A stretch of DNA of 64,000 nucleotides from Felis catus (taxonomy: Eukaryota), in the NCBI RefSeq assembly GCF_018350175.1, contig NC_058368.1:38752001-38816000 (forward strand). The letters are read 5' to 3'. Under the pieces are notes generated by a model. The model searched no databases and was not told where the DNA came from. It worked only from the letters and a program-made list of their open reading frames with translations. The translations under genes were made by a program, and so were the position numbers. Below are positions 26,777-40,650 of the stretch, in pieces (positions within the stretch are counted from its first letter, which is position 1; the number at the start of each line of letters is the position of its first letter).

Positions 26777-27478
26777 ATAAATATACTTAAAAAAAAAGAA
26801 ACCTAAAGGCGTACATTGTGTGTGATTCCATTTCTATAGCATTCTGAAGAAGGCAAAACTACCAAGATGTTAAACTGATCACTGGTTACCAGGGGTTTGG
26901 GAAGGGTGATTTCAAGAGATGAAGCACAGAGTATTTTTAGATTAGAGGGCTATTCTGTATGATACTACAATGGAGGATCAATGATTCTATCCATTTGTCA
27001 AAACTCACAGAACAAAGATTAAACCTTAATTTATGTGAATTTAATTATTTTGAAGGTCAGGGGGAATCCCAGAATGGGATGCAGATTTTGATAAGATAGT
27101 CTATATTACAAATATATAACCTCACTACAGGTTATTAATCTAAATAACTTCAGAAATGAATGACGTCTGTAAGACTAAAGGCAAAACGAACTGTTCATAA
27201 GTACTCTGTACTTGTCGATAAGGTGTTTTCCACAGGAATATGAGTTAATAACTCTGAAACTATTTTACATATAATCTGGAATTGAGCAATTAAGCAAATA
27301 GATGCCAAACGTTTGGGAGTCAGGCTTCTTAGTATTAGAGTAGGATATTAGAGGAGAGATAAGCAAGAGATTGAAGTTAGATTGTCCATGGGGCAACGGA
27401 TTAGATTTTGAAACAAAAGTATAAACTCGTGTTTAGCTAAATATAGATAGAGATGGTTACAGATAGAAATATGTATGA

Positions 27479-27602
27479 GGGGCACCTGGATGGCTTAGTT
27501 GGTTAAGCGTCTGACTCTTGATTTCAGCTCAGGTCGTGATGCCAGGGTCATGAGATTGAGCCCCATGTTGGGCTCCATGCTGAGTGTGGAGCCTACTTGG
27601 GA

Positions 27603-27650
<48 letters not shown>

Positions 27651-27693
27651 GCCACTTTTCCCTCTTCTCTCTCTCTCTCTCTCATTAAAAAAA
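27479..27693 (+). mobile_element. Can-SINE with expanded (CT)n
   Basis: TSD agaaatatgtRtg. Confidence 0.95.
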
Positions 27694-28929
27694 AGAAATA
27701 TGTGTGTGTATATAATCCTATTAGTATACAAATTTGTTCTTCATTGCTCTGTCACCGAGAGGCCCAGAAACAATGACATTCCAGAGCAACAAGCAAACCT
27801 AGAGCCCAAACTTGGTTTTAATGGCATTATCCAATAAAAGAAACCCAGGGATCCTTGGAAAAATGAATGTAAGGCTGGTCAGAGAATATACAAGATGAAC
27901 TTTGAACATCTTATAGTGGTAGAGTAAGAATGTGCTCTAGAAAGTTAAACAAATGAACCCATAGCAATGAGAGTATGTCACAGGGACACAAAGCCAACTG
28001 AAAGTTCAGGCTCACTGTGGTCAAGGCTGAAACCATTTAAGCAAGAATTTAAAATAAAGTAATATTAAATTTTAGCCCAATATAAAAAATATATATCCAT
28101 GCTGACATAAATGTATAATTGGATCAATATATAAATGGGGAGAAAGAGACGTATGTCCTATGCAAAAGAATTCCAAATAATTTATGTACATACTCTGCTG
28201 TTGAGGAAGTTAGGCATAACTCCTTACTCTTTAAGTGTGATTTGTGAATTTCTTCCAAGAATACGTTATGGAAAGGGGGGAAAAAAAGAGGAAATTTACA
28301 TAAAGGAACCTGATAAACACTCCCTCAGCCAGATGGTTAAGATTAGCATCATAGTGATAGCTCAGATGGATGGTATGGAACACTGATATGATGTATTAAA
28401 AATTGCACTTCTTCTGTGGTGTTCCTCCAAAGACTCCATAACTGTAACCATGAGAAAAACAGCAGACAAATCCCAACTGAGGAACATTCTAAAAAGTCTT
28501 TCACCTGTACTCAACAACAGTCACATCCAAGAGAAGCTTAAGGTGACATGACTGCTAAATGTCATGGGGTATCCTGAATAGAATCCTGTAATGGAAAAAG
28601 GATATTTGGTAAAACACTAAAATATGAAAAATAACATAAACCTTACCTAATCATAATGTATCAATATTGGTTTATAAATTATAACAAATATGCCATGCTA
28701 GTATAAGATAATAATAGCAGAAACTGGGTGTTGGGTTTATGTGAGTCCTGTATTATATCCACAACTTTTTTGTAAATATGAAACTATTCTAAATTAAAAA
28801 ACATTATTTAAAATAGTAAAGGGCAATAACAACAATAATAAAGCATAATGTATGAGGATCTCTACTTTTCACCTTTTCCCCAATTCCATTAACCCATCAT
28901 GATTGGCATTTAACTTTTCCTTTGGACAT

Positions 28930-29480
28930 TAATAATAGCTACAAGTAAGATTTCTATAGTCCTTGCTGTGTGCTAGACATAACTGATATTTTCACACAAA
29001 TGCATACACATAAGTACACTTGTACATGTATATGTGTAGTGTGTGTGTATGTAGGTGTATACATGTGTGTATACATGTACATACATATTTAGTATATATA
29101 TTTATTATAGATATATGTAATTATCTTAACTTTATGTGAATTAATTTGACCTTATAACAAATAGTTATTATTTTCAATTTACAAGTCAGAAACTTGTAGA
29201 AATACTAGAAATAATTTTTTCCAAGGAAAATTGTAATTTGCTTGATTATATCTTCAAACTTTCTAAATCTGAACATAGAGACATTAACAAAATCTATGAA
29301 TTCTTTGTGATAATTCACATTTAATCCTCATGAAACCTAGTGAGTACTTTCCTTTTTTTACTGAAGCATAAAGATGTTAAGTAAATTTCCTGCATATCAT
29401 CGTGGTAAATCTTACCAGCAGTGTGCTTTGAATATGAGGAATCTGATTCTACAGTAATGTGCTAACCTACTTTTCTATCA
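28930..29480. mobile_element. MIR fragments with TATG/TG low-complexity insert
   Basis: taataatagctac...; catttaatcctcatgaaacc...gttaagtaaatttcc...tctgattctaca. Confidence 0.5.
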
Positions 29481-29519
29481 TGACTCCCAGATTCCATGTT
29501 GAAAGATTTCATAAAATAA

Positions 29520-31050
29520 AAAACAGGAGTGAAAAATAAACCCCAATCCTATATATAGTATATGAAATTTAAGAATATAGAAGGCCAAAGAGAAAATTTT
29601 TAAATTTTGTGAGAGTTCAGAAAGTCATTCTAAGAATCACATTGGTATCAGATTTCTCAACAGCAATATTGATTGCATGAAGATGATTTTTGTTTTTGTT
29701 TTGTGTGTGTGTCTTTCCTTGCAAAACACCACTTTTGCCCCTAAATTTAATGTTTACTCAAATTTTCATTTAAATGTGGGAACTAATAAAACGTCATCAG
29801 ATGTATAAGTCATCTTGGTTTTGCCATATAAAATCCATGTTGAAAATATTTTGGAGGGAGGATATTTATATTCAGAGAAAGAAATTAAGGAAATGCTTGA
29901 AGAGTTATAGAAAGTGTGATAAAAATTTTTGGCATTTAATAGTTTTTTAAACCAGTTTATTATTTCCAATTTTAAGGAATTTTCAAGAAATTATCATTTT
30001 CGAGGAGTTTTCGAGGAATTACCATTTTCAAGGAGTTATCAAAGAATAATAATATTCCATACTAGGTTTCATTTTTATGCTAAATGAGAAAATAATAGTA
30101 TTTTAGAATACTAGTTTTGTTAAAGTATATATGTATGTGTGTATATATGTAATAGTGATTAAACACGGTAAATTAACATAAATAATTGTCTAGTAATGGA
30201 ATAATATGTGTGCAAAAAAGGAGTGCATAACTATTAACCCAATGGAGAAAACTTGAGCTTCTCACTATAAAGTGGGAAAGTTGGGAGGGAGCTAACAAAA
30301 ACAGTATTATGCATAGAAAATATGAAATAACGTGAGAGAAGAGTCCTTTAACAATCTTCCATTAACATATAGAGTAAATGTTTTAAACTCACAAACTAAA
30401 ATCCAAAGATTTCCAGACTAGATAAAACAAGATTGGACAGTATGTTATCTAAAATTTACAATGAACACATTTAAACACGCACATGCATAGAGGGTAGGAA
30501 ATGGGAAATGCTCAAGCAAAAGGCAAAATATTTTAGCCTTATTTATTGGTAAAATTAACATTGGGACAAAGATATACATCCATCACAAGTATTTATGAAC
30601 CTTACAGACCCACAAAATGCATTAAGCAAAGCTGACAAAAGTACAGGGAGCTAGATCAGTTTAAAAAAAATGTATTTGGGATCTGTTAAGATTTTAAGAG
30701 AACTTTATAAATGAAGCATTAACAAATTAACAGATGTATCAAATATTTAACAGTTCCTGTGAGCACACATATAAAACATGCCACAGGACAGTAATAAAAA
30801 AAGAATAAATAACATGCTAGGCAAAAAAAAAGTGGTTATTAAAGATCAATGGCATTCATTCAGTCTGTATTCTCATTAGGGAAAAATGTAAAAAATTAGC
30901 AATGAATCTAAAATAGATGCAATATGATTGGAAACTAACATACTGTTAATTCTTGGGCCAAAAAATTAAACAACAAAAGAATGTAAAGTGAATATAAAAG
31001 CAAGCACACACAGAAATGTGCAGAGCTACTAAAAACGCTGAGCAATATAT
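29520..31050 (+). mobile_element. Ancient L1M ORF1 end/ORF2 endonuclease-region remnants
   Basis: attggtatcagatttctcaacagcaat; gtaaatgttttaaactcacaaactaaaa...cagactagataaaacaaga. Confidence 0.55.
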
Positions 31051-33199
31051 ATACAAGAGGTTATTTAAATAAAAGATATATAGCATTGGACTATAAAATT
31101 ATTCATTGTAGCCACTGTATGTCAAAATTATCTTAAGCATATTAAATGGGGCAAGAGTACAAATATTTTCAGCATAGTAAACTAGGCAAGTGTATAAAAC
31201 GTTTGTAGATTTTCACAGACAGCCTGTGAGGGACCCGTGTCGTTCCTATTCTAAAATAATATTTAACAGGTTGAAAATTTTTTTAAAAGTTTAATTTATC
31301 CTTCTATAATATAAATCACATGCACATTTCCTTTCAAGAACACACCATAAAATTAACAATTATTGGGTAATTTCATAGGTATGTTTAAAAATGCAGGATG
31401 ATGAAGATAAGTGATTCTCCAAATAATTCATGTAAAATAAAAAGAGGTTATTTCAATTTGTTAATTTTCAGAGTACTTAACTTGGATTTTTTTTACCATT
31501 TTTTTTGTAATCAGTTTTTTTCAGTTATAAGTATTCAAATTTCCTTTGAATTTACTAGAATTTCAAAGAATTATGGTGCTTATTCTTTTAATCAAACGTA
31601 TCTCTACATTGCATTTCTTTCATCTGTGTCTCTTTTTATGCTTTCCAATGCTCACATCACTACAAAGTCCTTTCTGAAAGATAAGAACTCCCTACCAATT
31701 GGCTTCATGGGGTGCTGAGCAAGAACCAAGGGACAATCTTTTCCTTTTACACTTACGAAAAGTCTACAGGGGCAAAATGGAAAATTGAGGATATCAGACA
31801 TTTATGCCTTATTTATACTTCCTATGCCTTTCCTGTCTTGTTTGAAGATGTATTATTTGTATTAGACTTTTTCAATTATGTTTTGCTGTGTTCAAATATT
31901 TGTTCCAGACCAGTTTATCTTTGCTGAAATCTTATATATAGATATAAAATGGTGATAGTTGCTCATAATTCCCACCCTCTCTTTTTTACACTTCTGTCAA
32001 TTCTAAAACAGAGAAGAGAAAATGACTTGGCTCATTTTGACTGAACGGTGAAAATGACAGATGGAGGAGCAGAGGAATGCTTCTCACTCATAAGGCTGTT
32101 GATTCTACTAGGGGTGAAGACCTAAGAACAGCACAATTAGTCAGGTGGGGAGAAGATTATACTCCTGCTGGAAATAGGAAAGGACTTGTTAGAATCTTTG
32201 CTTGACAAGATTAATCCGTCTGGTGTCAAAATTTCCAGTTAGCATTCGTATTACTCCCACTTCTGAGCTCATTCAGAATTTACAATGGAAAGTAACAAAC
32301 AAGAAATTATCAGGGAACAAAGACATTTTTCTTGAAGGAATGAGAGGTCAGCGATGGCCGTGAGAATAGAAGCTGGGATGAAAGTTTCTTGTTCATGGAC
32401 CGTTTTGGGGATATCAAGGCAAAAATGAAAGTAAGATATAGCAAACAGAAATATGGGAGCTTCATTTGATTTGGAATATAAATGTATATCCTCCCCAAAT
32501 TAAAATTCTCACCAAGTAAGGAACGTCTAAAAATAAGTAAATTTTAGTATCAACCATATATATATGCACCGGGTATTGGAAAATATAATGAGATTCTATA
32601 GAATTCATTATTGGATTTACAACAATTCTATATTAATTCAGTAATTATTCACAATTTGTATGTTTGGGACAGTGTTTCTCAGTATGTGTTTTGTGGAGAA
32701 CTAACTTGTAAGTTGATAATAGGCAGTGGAAAAATAAAGCATCTGTGGTTAAATAAATGTACAAAGCATTGATTAAGCAAAGAAATCTGATTAACCAAAT
32801 AACTTAAAAAAAATTCTAGTGTTTCCCTGAGCCTTCAGTACCCAATTCATTCATTCAATAACTAATGATTATGACTTACTGTCAAGAAATTATTCATGGC
32901 CCCTTTAGCACTTGTGCCTCAGGATATACTCTGACCGTTTGGGATTTCATTCTCTTTCTCAGTGCTCTGAGTAATCATTTTCTCATTCATTCAAAGAAAA
33001 AAAGTGACTTTCTAAGAAAAAAAAATTTTTTTTTTTGCAATTAATGATCTACACCTAAATGTATTGGCTTATGCCTTAAGTCAGTAAAAGAATGATCTTT
33101 CAACCTGTCTAAAGTACATATTCCTTCTGTGTTCTTAATCTCATACTTTTTTCTTAAATCTCCTCAAAACACTCTCATGTGCTCATCTTTAACATGGTT

Positions 33200-33550
33200 C
33201 TCTCAGTGGTTGCTGCTCCTCCCAGTACACTAGGATCTGAAAGCCCAGAAATTAGATTTTTAGACTCCCTTTCTAGTAGGGTTTTAGATATGTTCCACTA
33301 ATGAAACACATTCATTTGAGATTTGGAAGGCAGAAGAGATTTGTCAAGAGGCAAATTAGGGCAGGTTTCTGGGTCTTGGCAGACAGTTTGTGAGGTTTGT
33401 CACTGGCTTCAGAGAATCTTCCAGAAAATCTCGCATTTTGGTGTTCCATGATTCCGATACCCAGACTTCATGAGTTTTTTTTTTTAAGGATTCTCATTAT
33501 TGTGTAAGCCTCTGAGTCCTTTATCACATTTCTTCCTATTCTGAAAACCT
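33200..33550. mobile_element. LTR33-like ERVL LTR
   Basis: agactccctttctagtagggttttaga...gagatttggaaggcagaag. Confidence 0.55.
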
Positions 33551-33759
33551 GCTTCTCCTCCCTCTTCCTCTCCTCCTCCTTCCTCATCTTCTCCTTCTTT
33601 ATCTTCTTTTTGACATCTTTATTATCTTTGTTTTTTTTTTATTTTTTTATTTTAAGGAACCATGGCTGCTTCAGGCACCAATCTCGATTTTACTTGAGTT
33701 CTTTATAAGTTTTGGCAATTTGCCTTCCACATCTTTCTTGTCATTTTTACTCCTATGTT

Positions 33760-34680
33760 CAATCTAGTTAAGAAGTATATTCCACCCATACTGTGTTTTT
33801 GATTGTATTCTAGGCACCTGGAATACATCAATATAAAAATGATACCTCTTCCTTTTTGGAGTTTATGGAGTGAGAAAAAGAGAAGAATCAATACATATTA
33901 TTAAATTACTGCTGCAAAAAAGGGACAAGTGAAGCAAGATGAACAGGATTGGAATTACTGAAGGCGTGGAGTACTTAGTGTTAAATGATGTGACTAGAGT
34001 AGGCCTCAATGAAAAGTGCTAATAGAGCAAGTAATCTAACCAGGTGAGGAAGTCAGTTGTAAAATCTGAGTACTTTATGCTGAGGGGAGTAGCAAATGCA
34101 AAGGCCCTACGGCTGGAGCACAACTGGTCTATGAGGAATATCAAGGGGTCAGAGGTGGCTGCAGTGGAATAAGCAAGGTGGACAGTAGTTTAGGAAAGAA
34201 TCGAGAGAGTAGGTCAATGGAAAATTAGATCCTGAAAGACCGCATGAACTATTTTAAGGCAACAGCTTTTACTTTTATTGAAATGGGGAGTTTTTGATTT
34301 TTGTTGTTGTTTTTGTTTTGGTTTTCTGAAGAGAATAAATTGTCAGTGGGCAAGCATAGAAGTAAGACCAATTACCAGTCTATTACAGCAATCTAGTCAG
34401 GAGATGTTAGCGAGCACCACAGTGATGGCAGGGAAAGAGTTAACAGTCAAATTCTAAATATCATTGGAAAACTAATCTATGAGTTTTCCTACAAGAGTAG
34501 ATACAGGGTGAGAAAGAAAAAAAAGACATCAAGGGTACCACCAAGATGCTTAGACTGAATGTCTGGAAAAATGGGTTGCCATAACCTAAGATAAAAGCTG
34601 AGGGTAGAGTAATTGGCAAATGGAAAATTAATTGTGTGAGTTTTAGCATGAGATTTTGGGGACGAAGGGCAGATTTACAG
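33760..34680 (-). mobile_element. L2
   Basis: attctaggcacctggaatac...agcaaatgcaaaggccct...gtggctgcagtgga...aatggggag. Confidence 0.75.
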
Positions 34681-36584
34681 ATGTGAACATGTTAACTTCT
34701 TGGATATTATTTTCCTCTGATCTTCCTCCTATTCCCTTGCTGGCTCTCATTATTTGCCTACGGGGGCACTTCTTGTATCGTATGCTCCTCACCTGCAGCT
34801 TTCCATCTTTAATACTTTTTGTGCCTCATCCTCATTTTAAGATTTATACGTACTTAATGTGAGTTGCTTCCAGCTTTTATCTCATCCTAGATCTTAGGCC
34901 AGTCTTCCCCTATGTTTTTAACATGTAGAATATTCCTCTCATTACAATTTCCTCTATGCCTTTGTTTCTTAAAGGCAATTTCCATAATTTCTCTTTATGG
35001 ATAAATGAATATATTTATGGAATATGAATATATTTATGTTCAGCAAACAGTAGATGACTGGTTTAAAGTTCTACCTGATACATGTTTTATATAACTATTT
35101 TAAAGAAAATTTTAAATGGGGGAAAAGATTTAAATCAAATTAAATACACATCATCCTATAATGAATTGCTTTTCATAATTTATGGGCCTATAATAAATAT
35201 CTTTAAATATGCTTAGGGATTTATTGTATCAATATACATAAACAAAACCTAATATATATAAACATAACCTAAATGAATATTCCTGTATTCTAGTCCCAAC
35301 TTCAAGTTTGGGACAAAGCTCTTAAAAGAAAACGTTACATGAAATCAAATTTCTCACTATTAATATAAGCTAGAGAAAGACATTTGTTAAATAAAATTCA
35401 ATCAGTTCAGTCATCTGACATGATTTATTAAGCTCTATTATTGCAAAACTCTGTGCGGGACATGGTAGGGGATATTAAAATCAGAGGTTTTGCTGTTAAG
35501 AAACTTACAAATCATAGAGACTCTAACAGTGATGTGATTAAATACCCAGTATGTGTATAAGAAAGTCAGATTTTAAATAATGACATTGAAAGAAGCAATC
35601 AGTCCCCTGAAAGTATGTTTTAAAATCTTCAAGTGTAAATGTATGATTTTGCTTATTCCTTGACATCAAAATGCATTCTAGAAAGACTTTTCAAAAGAGA
35701 AAAGTAAACATTTTAAGGAATAGTAATTCCTTATGTGCACTTTCTTATGTCCGTAAATATCATTCATAAGTCCTAAATAATATAAGCTCTACCTGGCAGT
35801 TTTAAGTGATTTATATTTATAATAGTATATCTTTGTTATTTGTTAAATATATTTAAAACTAAATACAAATTTTACACAATATTTATGTATTCACATACCC
35901 TAATTTATTATCAGAATTATATATAATAAATATAATGACATTTGTTTTCCATGATACCTTTTAGTTATTGTCTTCATATATACATGTATTAAATTTATGC
36001 ACATATGTTTTATTTTTATAATCTGATTTTTTTTACTTAACATTAAATCAAAAGCATTCTTTACTCTTGTTTTAAAGCATTTACTCTTGTTAATGCAAAT
36101 GAACACATGATTTTACATAAACTATATTGCACAGGTCAAATGTTATTTCTGTAGAAATAATACTTTTTCTTGATTGGTTGCTTATTTTGTGTAATTTTGT
36201 GTAATTTCTAATGCAGCCATCTATAAAGACCAGAAATAAGCTGTTTAGAGCATCAGAGATGGGAAGTTTTTCATTCTGTCATTTCTATTTTTCCTAAAAA
36301 TCTGGCAAGGAAAATTAATTTTTTAGGCATCATTGACTGACAAGAGTATATTTTGAAATTTCTCATAGTTCTTAATGTTTTAAGGAGTTTTTTTTTATTC
36401 TACCATCTTACTCAAATAAGAGGTCACAAGCACCAGTACTTTAAAGTGCATGAAATTCATTAGCAAGAAAGCCATGCATATGCCACCCTCCCCCTAGTCT
36501 TCACCACCTTCCTGCTATCTAGAAGCAGCAGGTGTTTACTCCAACAATTTGATTTTAAAGATGTGTAGTATTGTGGTTGGACTA

Positions 36585-36987
36585 GTATCACATCGGGATT
36601 AGATGGGCTGTGTTGCGTTAACAGCAAAGAAATCTCTCTGCCAAAACAGGAAAACATTGCACATAAAAGCAAATTTACATTTAAAATTGGGTGATGTTAC
36701 ATACAAGCTGTCCTCTGTATAGTAGTTCAGTGACACTTTGACCTCATGGTATATCCATCTCAATGTATGGATATCACAATGCAAGGGGAGGGAGTGCTAG
36801 AAAGCCTTGAACTATCCATTAAATGCTTTAATTCAGAAGTGAAGATTACATTTATGTCTACTCAAAGTTAATTGACCAGAATTTATAATATCAATTAGAT
36901 TTCAAGAAGGGTAGAGAAGTGTGATTATCCCATTTGCCTTGACCAGGAGAAAACTTATACAGAGTTAGCACTGGTTATCTCCACCAC
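36585..36987 (-). mobile_element. Old MLT1-type LTR
   Basis: ggattagatgggctgtgttgcgttaacag start; agcactggttatctccaccaca end. Confidence 0.5.
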
Positions 36988-38435
36988 AGCAGGGTACTTC
37001 AAATCATATTCTGGAAAGGATACCTAGTCTGATTGTAGAGGTTAATGAAACTCTAAGTTATAAGAGCAAAGAGAATTCTTAAAATCTTCTCTGTTTTTCA
37101 TGAGGTATTGACATTTTTCAAACATCCTTCAGATTTTCTTTGAAATACGAAGTAATGGCACCTTTATTGGACAAAGAATGCTTCAGTTCCAGGCAGAGTC
37201 CTCTCTACCTCTATTAATGGATCTTCAATCTATCCCTTTTGGAAAAACTCCACAAGTCTCAGTCCCTCCTTGGTTCTAGGCATAATCCTTTGAGTCTCAT
37301 CTTGGAGGACCTACCTTCTGAAATCATAAAATAAGTAGGAACCCAGAAATGCACAGTGAAACTCTGACTCAATCTCAAGCCATTCAAAAATCCTGAAGTC
37401 TAAGAAACCTATCTGTATTCTATGGAACTATTCGGGATACTGATATTTCCTCATTCGGAGTTGGCAGTTCCAGGTTACCTATGTATGTTTTGTAAGTAAA
37501 ATGCCATCCATAAAGATAACAGAGCAGAAGAGAACAGATTCTGGTATCTGTTTCCTTACTTTTAATTATTTTTCTTATGCCTATGGCTTCCTAGACAATT
37601 CAGATAATCAGTGACTCACCTAGAAAGGAAAATACAGAAAGTGGTAAAGATAAATGTACATAGTATTTACATGAAAATAGAAGATAATTCAAATGAATCA
37701 ATTCTCTAAAACAAACAAACACAATCCACCAATACACAGAGGGCTCCGCATTTCAAATAATTGAATGAGTTTATCTCGTATTTAGAATTAAGCACTCTCC
37801 CTTAGGTTTTGCTGTGATTTTTTGATTTTTAATCACCTTTCAGGGAAGTACAATAAGCCTTGTAATAACTAGAAGAGCTTCAAATTTGTATACATTTTAA
37901 AGTTTAGATAATCTGAAATTGCATTTTAATGTATATAGCTATAATTTAATTTTAATTTTCAGGAAATGTACATTTTTGAAGAATGTAAAATAAATCATTG
38001 GGAAAATGAAGGAAGTATTTATTTAGTGAGGGATATCATGTGCCTCTTCTTTTCTGGAGTTAAATATTCTGTGTTAATCTGCTCATATTTACAGTTATAG
38101 CATATCCATGATAAAGACTATTTCAGAGTAATATGATCTTGGCTAGAAATATTTGAATCTTAAACCAAAAAGAGTATGGACAATAAGTCGAATTAAGAGC
38201 TTGTGCTTGTATGCAGGTGTTTACTTAAACTTTTTCTGAATATCTGTTGGCTCTCAGTAGGCAACATAGTAACATAGTCACTGCCTCACTCAAACTTCCA
38301 TTCCTCCCACAGTGGACAGTGATTATTCTTGATTCAGCATCCATTTCCAATTTCTTCTTTCTGCACAGACTTTATTTTTCTAATGTGTCCACCATATGAC
38401 TAAGTTGCTTAGATAATTCTTGAGAAAATAGTCCA

Positions 38436-38706
38436 GGTAGAGGGGAGAGGGATGAATATGTGGAACACGGGAGCTATTTATGGAAATGAAGATATTGTGT
38501 ATGGTACTGGAGTGGTGGATGTATGATATGCATTTGACAAAACCCATAGATCTATTACAACACAAAAGGTGAACACTAACATGAATGATGGGTTTTAGTT
38601 AATAATAACGTATCTCCTAGTTTTTCAATTATAAAAAAATATGTCACACAAATGTAGGATATTACAAAGTAAGGGACACTGAGAAGGAAGAGAGTATATG
38701 AGAATT
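38436..38706 (+). mobile_element. L1MC-like 3'UTR fragment
   Basis: gggatgaatatgtggaacac...gcatttgacaaaacccataga...ttttagttaataataacgtatc. Confidence 0.75.
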
Positions 38707-38829
38707 AGGAGTAGTTTCTGTTTAACTTCTTATCATGTCTCCCTCAAGTTCATTTTTTTGTGGGAATTTCTCATTTTATTTTTTTCTTTTATTTTTATTT
38801 TGACATGTGTAACATTAAATACCAACACA

Positions 38830-39114
38830 TGGTTTCACTCTTATGTGGATCCTGAGAAACTTAACAGAAACCCATGGGGGAGGGGAAGGGAAAAAAAAAG
38901 AGGTTAGAGTGGGAGAGAGCCAAAGCATAAGAGACTGTTAAAAACTGAGAACAAACTGAGGGTTGATGGGGGGTGGGAGGGAGAGGAGGGTGGGTGATGG
39001 GTATTGAGGAGGGCACCTTTTGGGATGAGCACTGGGTGTTGTATGGAAACCAATTTGACAATAAATTTCATATATTAAAAAAAATAAAATAAAAATAAAA
39101 ATACACACACACAA
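38830..39114 (+). mobile_element. Young feline L1 (L1_Fc-type) 3' end, 5'-truncated
   Basis: tggtttcactcttatgtggatcctgagaaac...ggaaaccaatttgacaataaatttcatatatt + A tail; perfect TSD aaataccaacaca at 38817-38829 and 39115-39127. Confidence 0.95.
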
Positions 39115-39312
39115 AAATACCAACACAGAAAAGTACACATAGCTGTAATACACAAAAATGAGTACAGTCCTAGGTTTTTTACAATAAAATCCATTAAATC
39201 ATTATATGTAGAAACCTGTTAGAAAGTTCTTATTTTTGATACAATTTAAAATAGAATTCTTACTTTCAGTTTTCTTTGTTATGTATGAAGTCATCCATGA
39301 CTGTCAGATTAT

Positions 39313-39366
39313 CTTGTTTATATCCCATGGAATATTTGTTTACTTGTTTATATCCCATGGAATATT
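39313..39366. repeat. 24-bp direct repeat, 30-bp period
   Basis: cttgtttatatcccatggaatatt x2. Confidence 0.9.
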
Positions 39367-39785
39367 CTCTGTGAGTGTATATGCATTAATTAGGGTATTT
39401 TTAAGATTATGATAAAACTCAATTCTAGAATAGTATATACAGACATGAAGGAAGAATTGTTTTACTCAGCAAATTTTGCTTTCATGAAAAGGCTTATTGC
39501 ATACTTAGTGAAGTGAAAACTAAGTTGAATAACTCATTGTCAGGTAACAGATGTTAAAAAACATTAGGCACGGTAGTTGAATACACATGTACCAAACACA
39601 CATACATAAAACTCTTAATGATTCAAAGTTTGTGCTCTTTTTTGGTTTAACACTCAAATACTTCCAGCCAAACTGTCACTAAACAGAAAGACTTAAAATG
39701 AATCATCTGAGAAATGAAAGAAATAATTTCAGTTAACCGGGAATATCTAATAGGCATATGCATATTCTTTTCTAGAGTTGTATTT

Positions 39786-40211
39786 ATTTAATTTATTTTT
39801 TAATTTAAATCCAAATTAGTAACATATAGTTACTAATAATGATTTCAGGAATAGAATGTAGTAATTCATCACTTACATATAACACCAGTGCTCACCTCAA
39901 CAAGTGTCCTCCTTAATGCCCATTTCCCATTTAGCCCCTCCCCCATCTAACACCCCACCAGCAACCCTCAGTTTGTTCTCTGTATTTGAGAATCTAGTAT
40001 GGTTTGTCTCTCTCTCTCTCTCTGCTCTTATATTATTTTTGCTTCTTTTCCCTTATGTTCATCTGTTCTGTATTTTAAATTCCATATATGAGTGAAATTA
40101 TGTGATACCCATCTTTCTCTGACGTATTTCACTTAGCATAATACCCTCTAGTTCCATCTACACTGTTGCAAATGGCAAGATTTCATTATTTTTGATCACT
40201 GAGTAATATTC

Positions 40212-40257
<46 letters not shown>

Positions 40258-40650
40258 ACATGCAGGCGCACACGCATGCGTGCATGTGTGTATATATCTA
40301 TCTACCACATCTTCATACATTCATCAGTTGATGGACATTTGGGCTCTTTCCATACTTTGGCTATTGTCGATCATGCTGCTGTAAACATTGGGGTACCTGT
40401 ACCCCTTCGAATCAGCACTTTTGTTTCCTTTGGATAAATACCTAGTAGTGCAATTGCTGGGTTGTACAATAGTTCTATTTTTAATTTTTTGAGGAACCTC
40501 CATACTGTTTTCCACACTGGCTGCACCAGTTTGCATTCCCACCAGCAATGCCAAAGAGTTCCTCTTTCCCACATCCTCACCAGCATCTGTTGTTTCCTGA
40601 GTTGTTAATGTGAGCCATTCTGATAGATGTGAGGTGGTGTTGATTTGTAA
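39786..40650 (-). mobile_element. Carnivore L1 3' end, 5'-truncated
   Basis: ORF2 C-terminal remnant [30 protein letters not shown] ctagagttgtattt at 39772-39785 and 40651-40664. Confidence 0.95.
40214..40255. repeat. (TG)n microsatellite inside L1
   Basis: direct reading. Confidence 0.95.

Larger units (their letters stand above)
25832..28813 (+). mobile_element. L1MD-like element (ORF2 end and long 3'UTR), interrupted by three SINEs
   Basis: aatgagataccactgc...; gtctgtaagactaaaggcaaaa...; gtttagctaaatatagatagagatggttac; ends aaactattctaaattaaaaaacattatttaaaa. Confidence 0.8.

Noticed and set aside
32338..32436. Plus-strand exon-like segment ending aaa|gtaaga
   Set aside because: Stops in all frames from the putative acceptor, which is weak.
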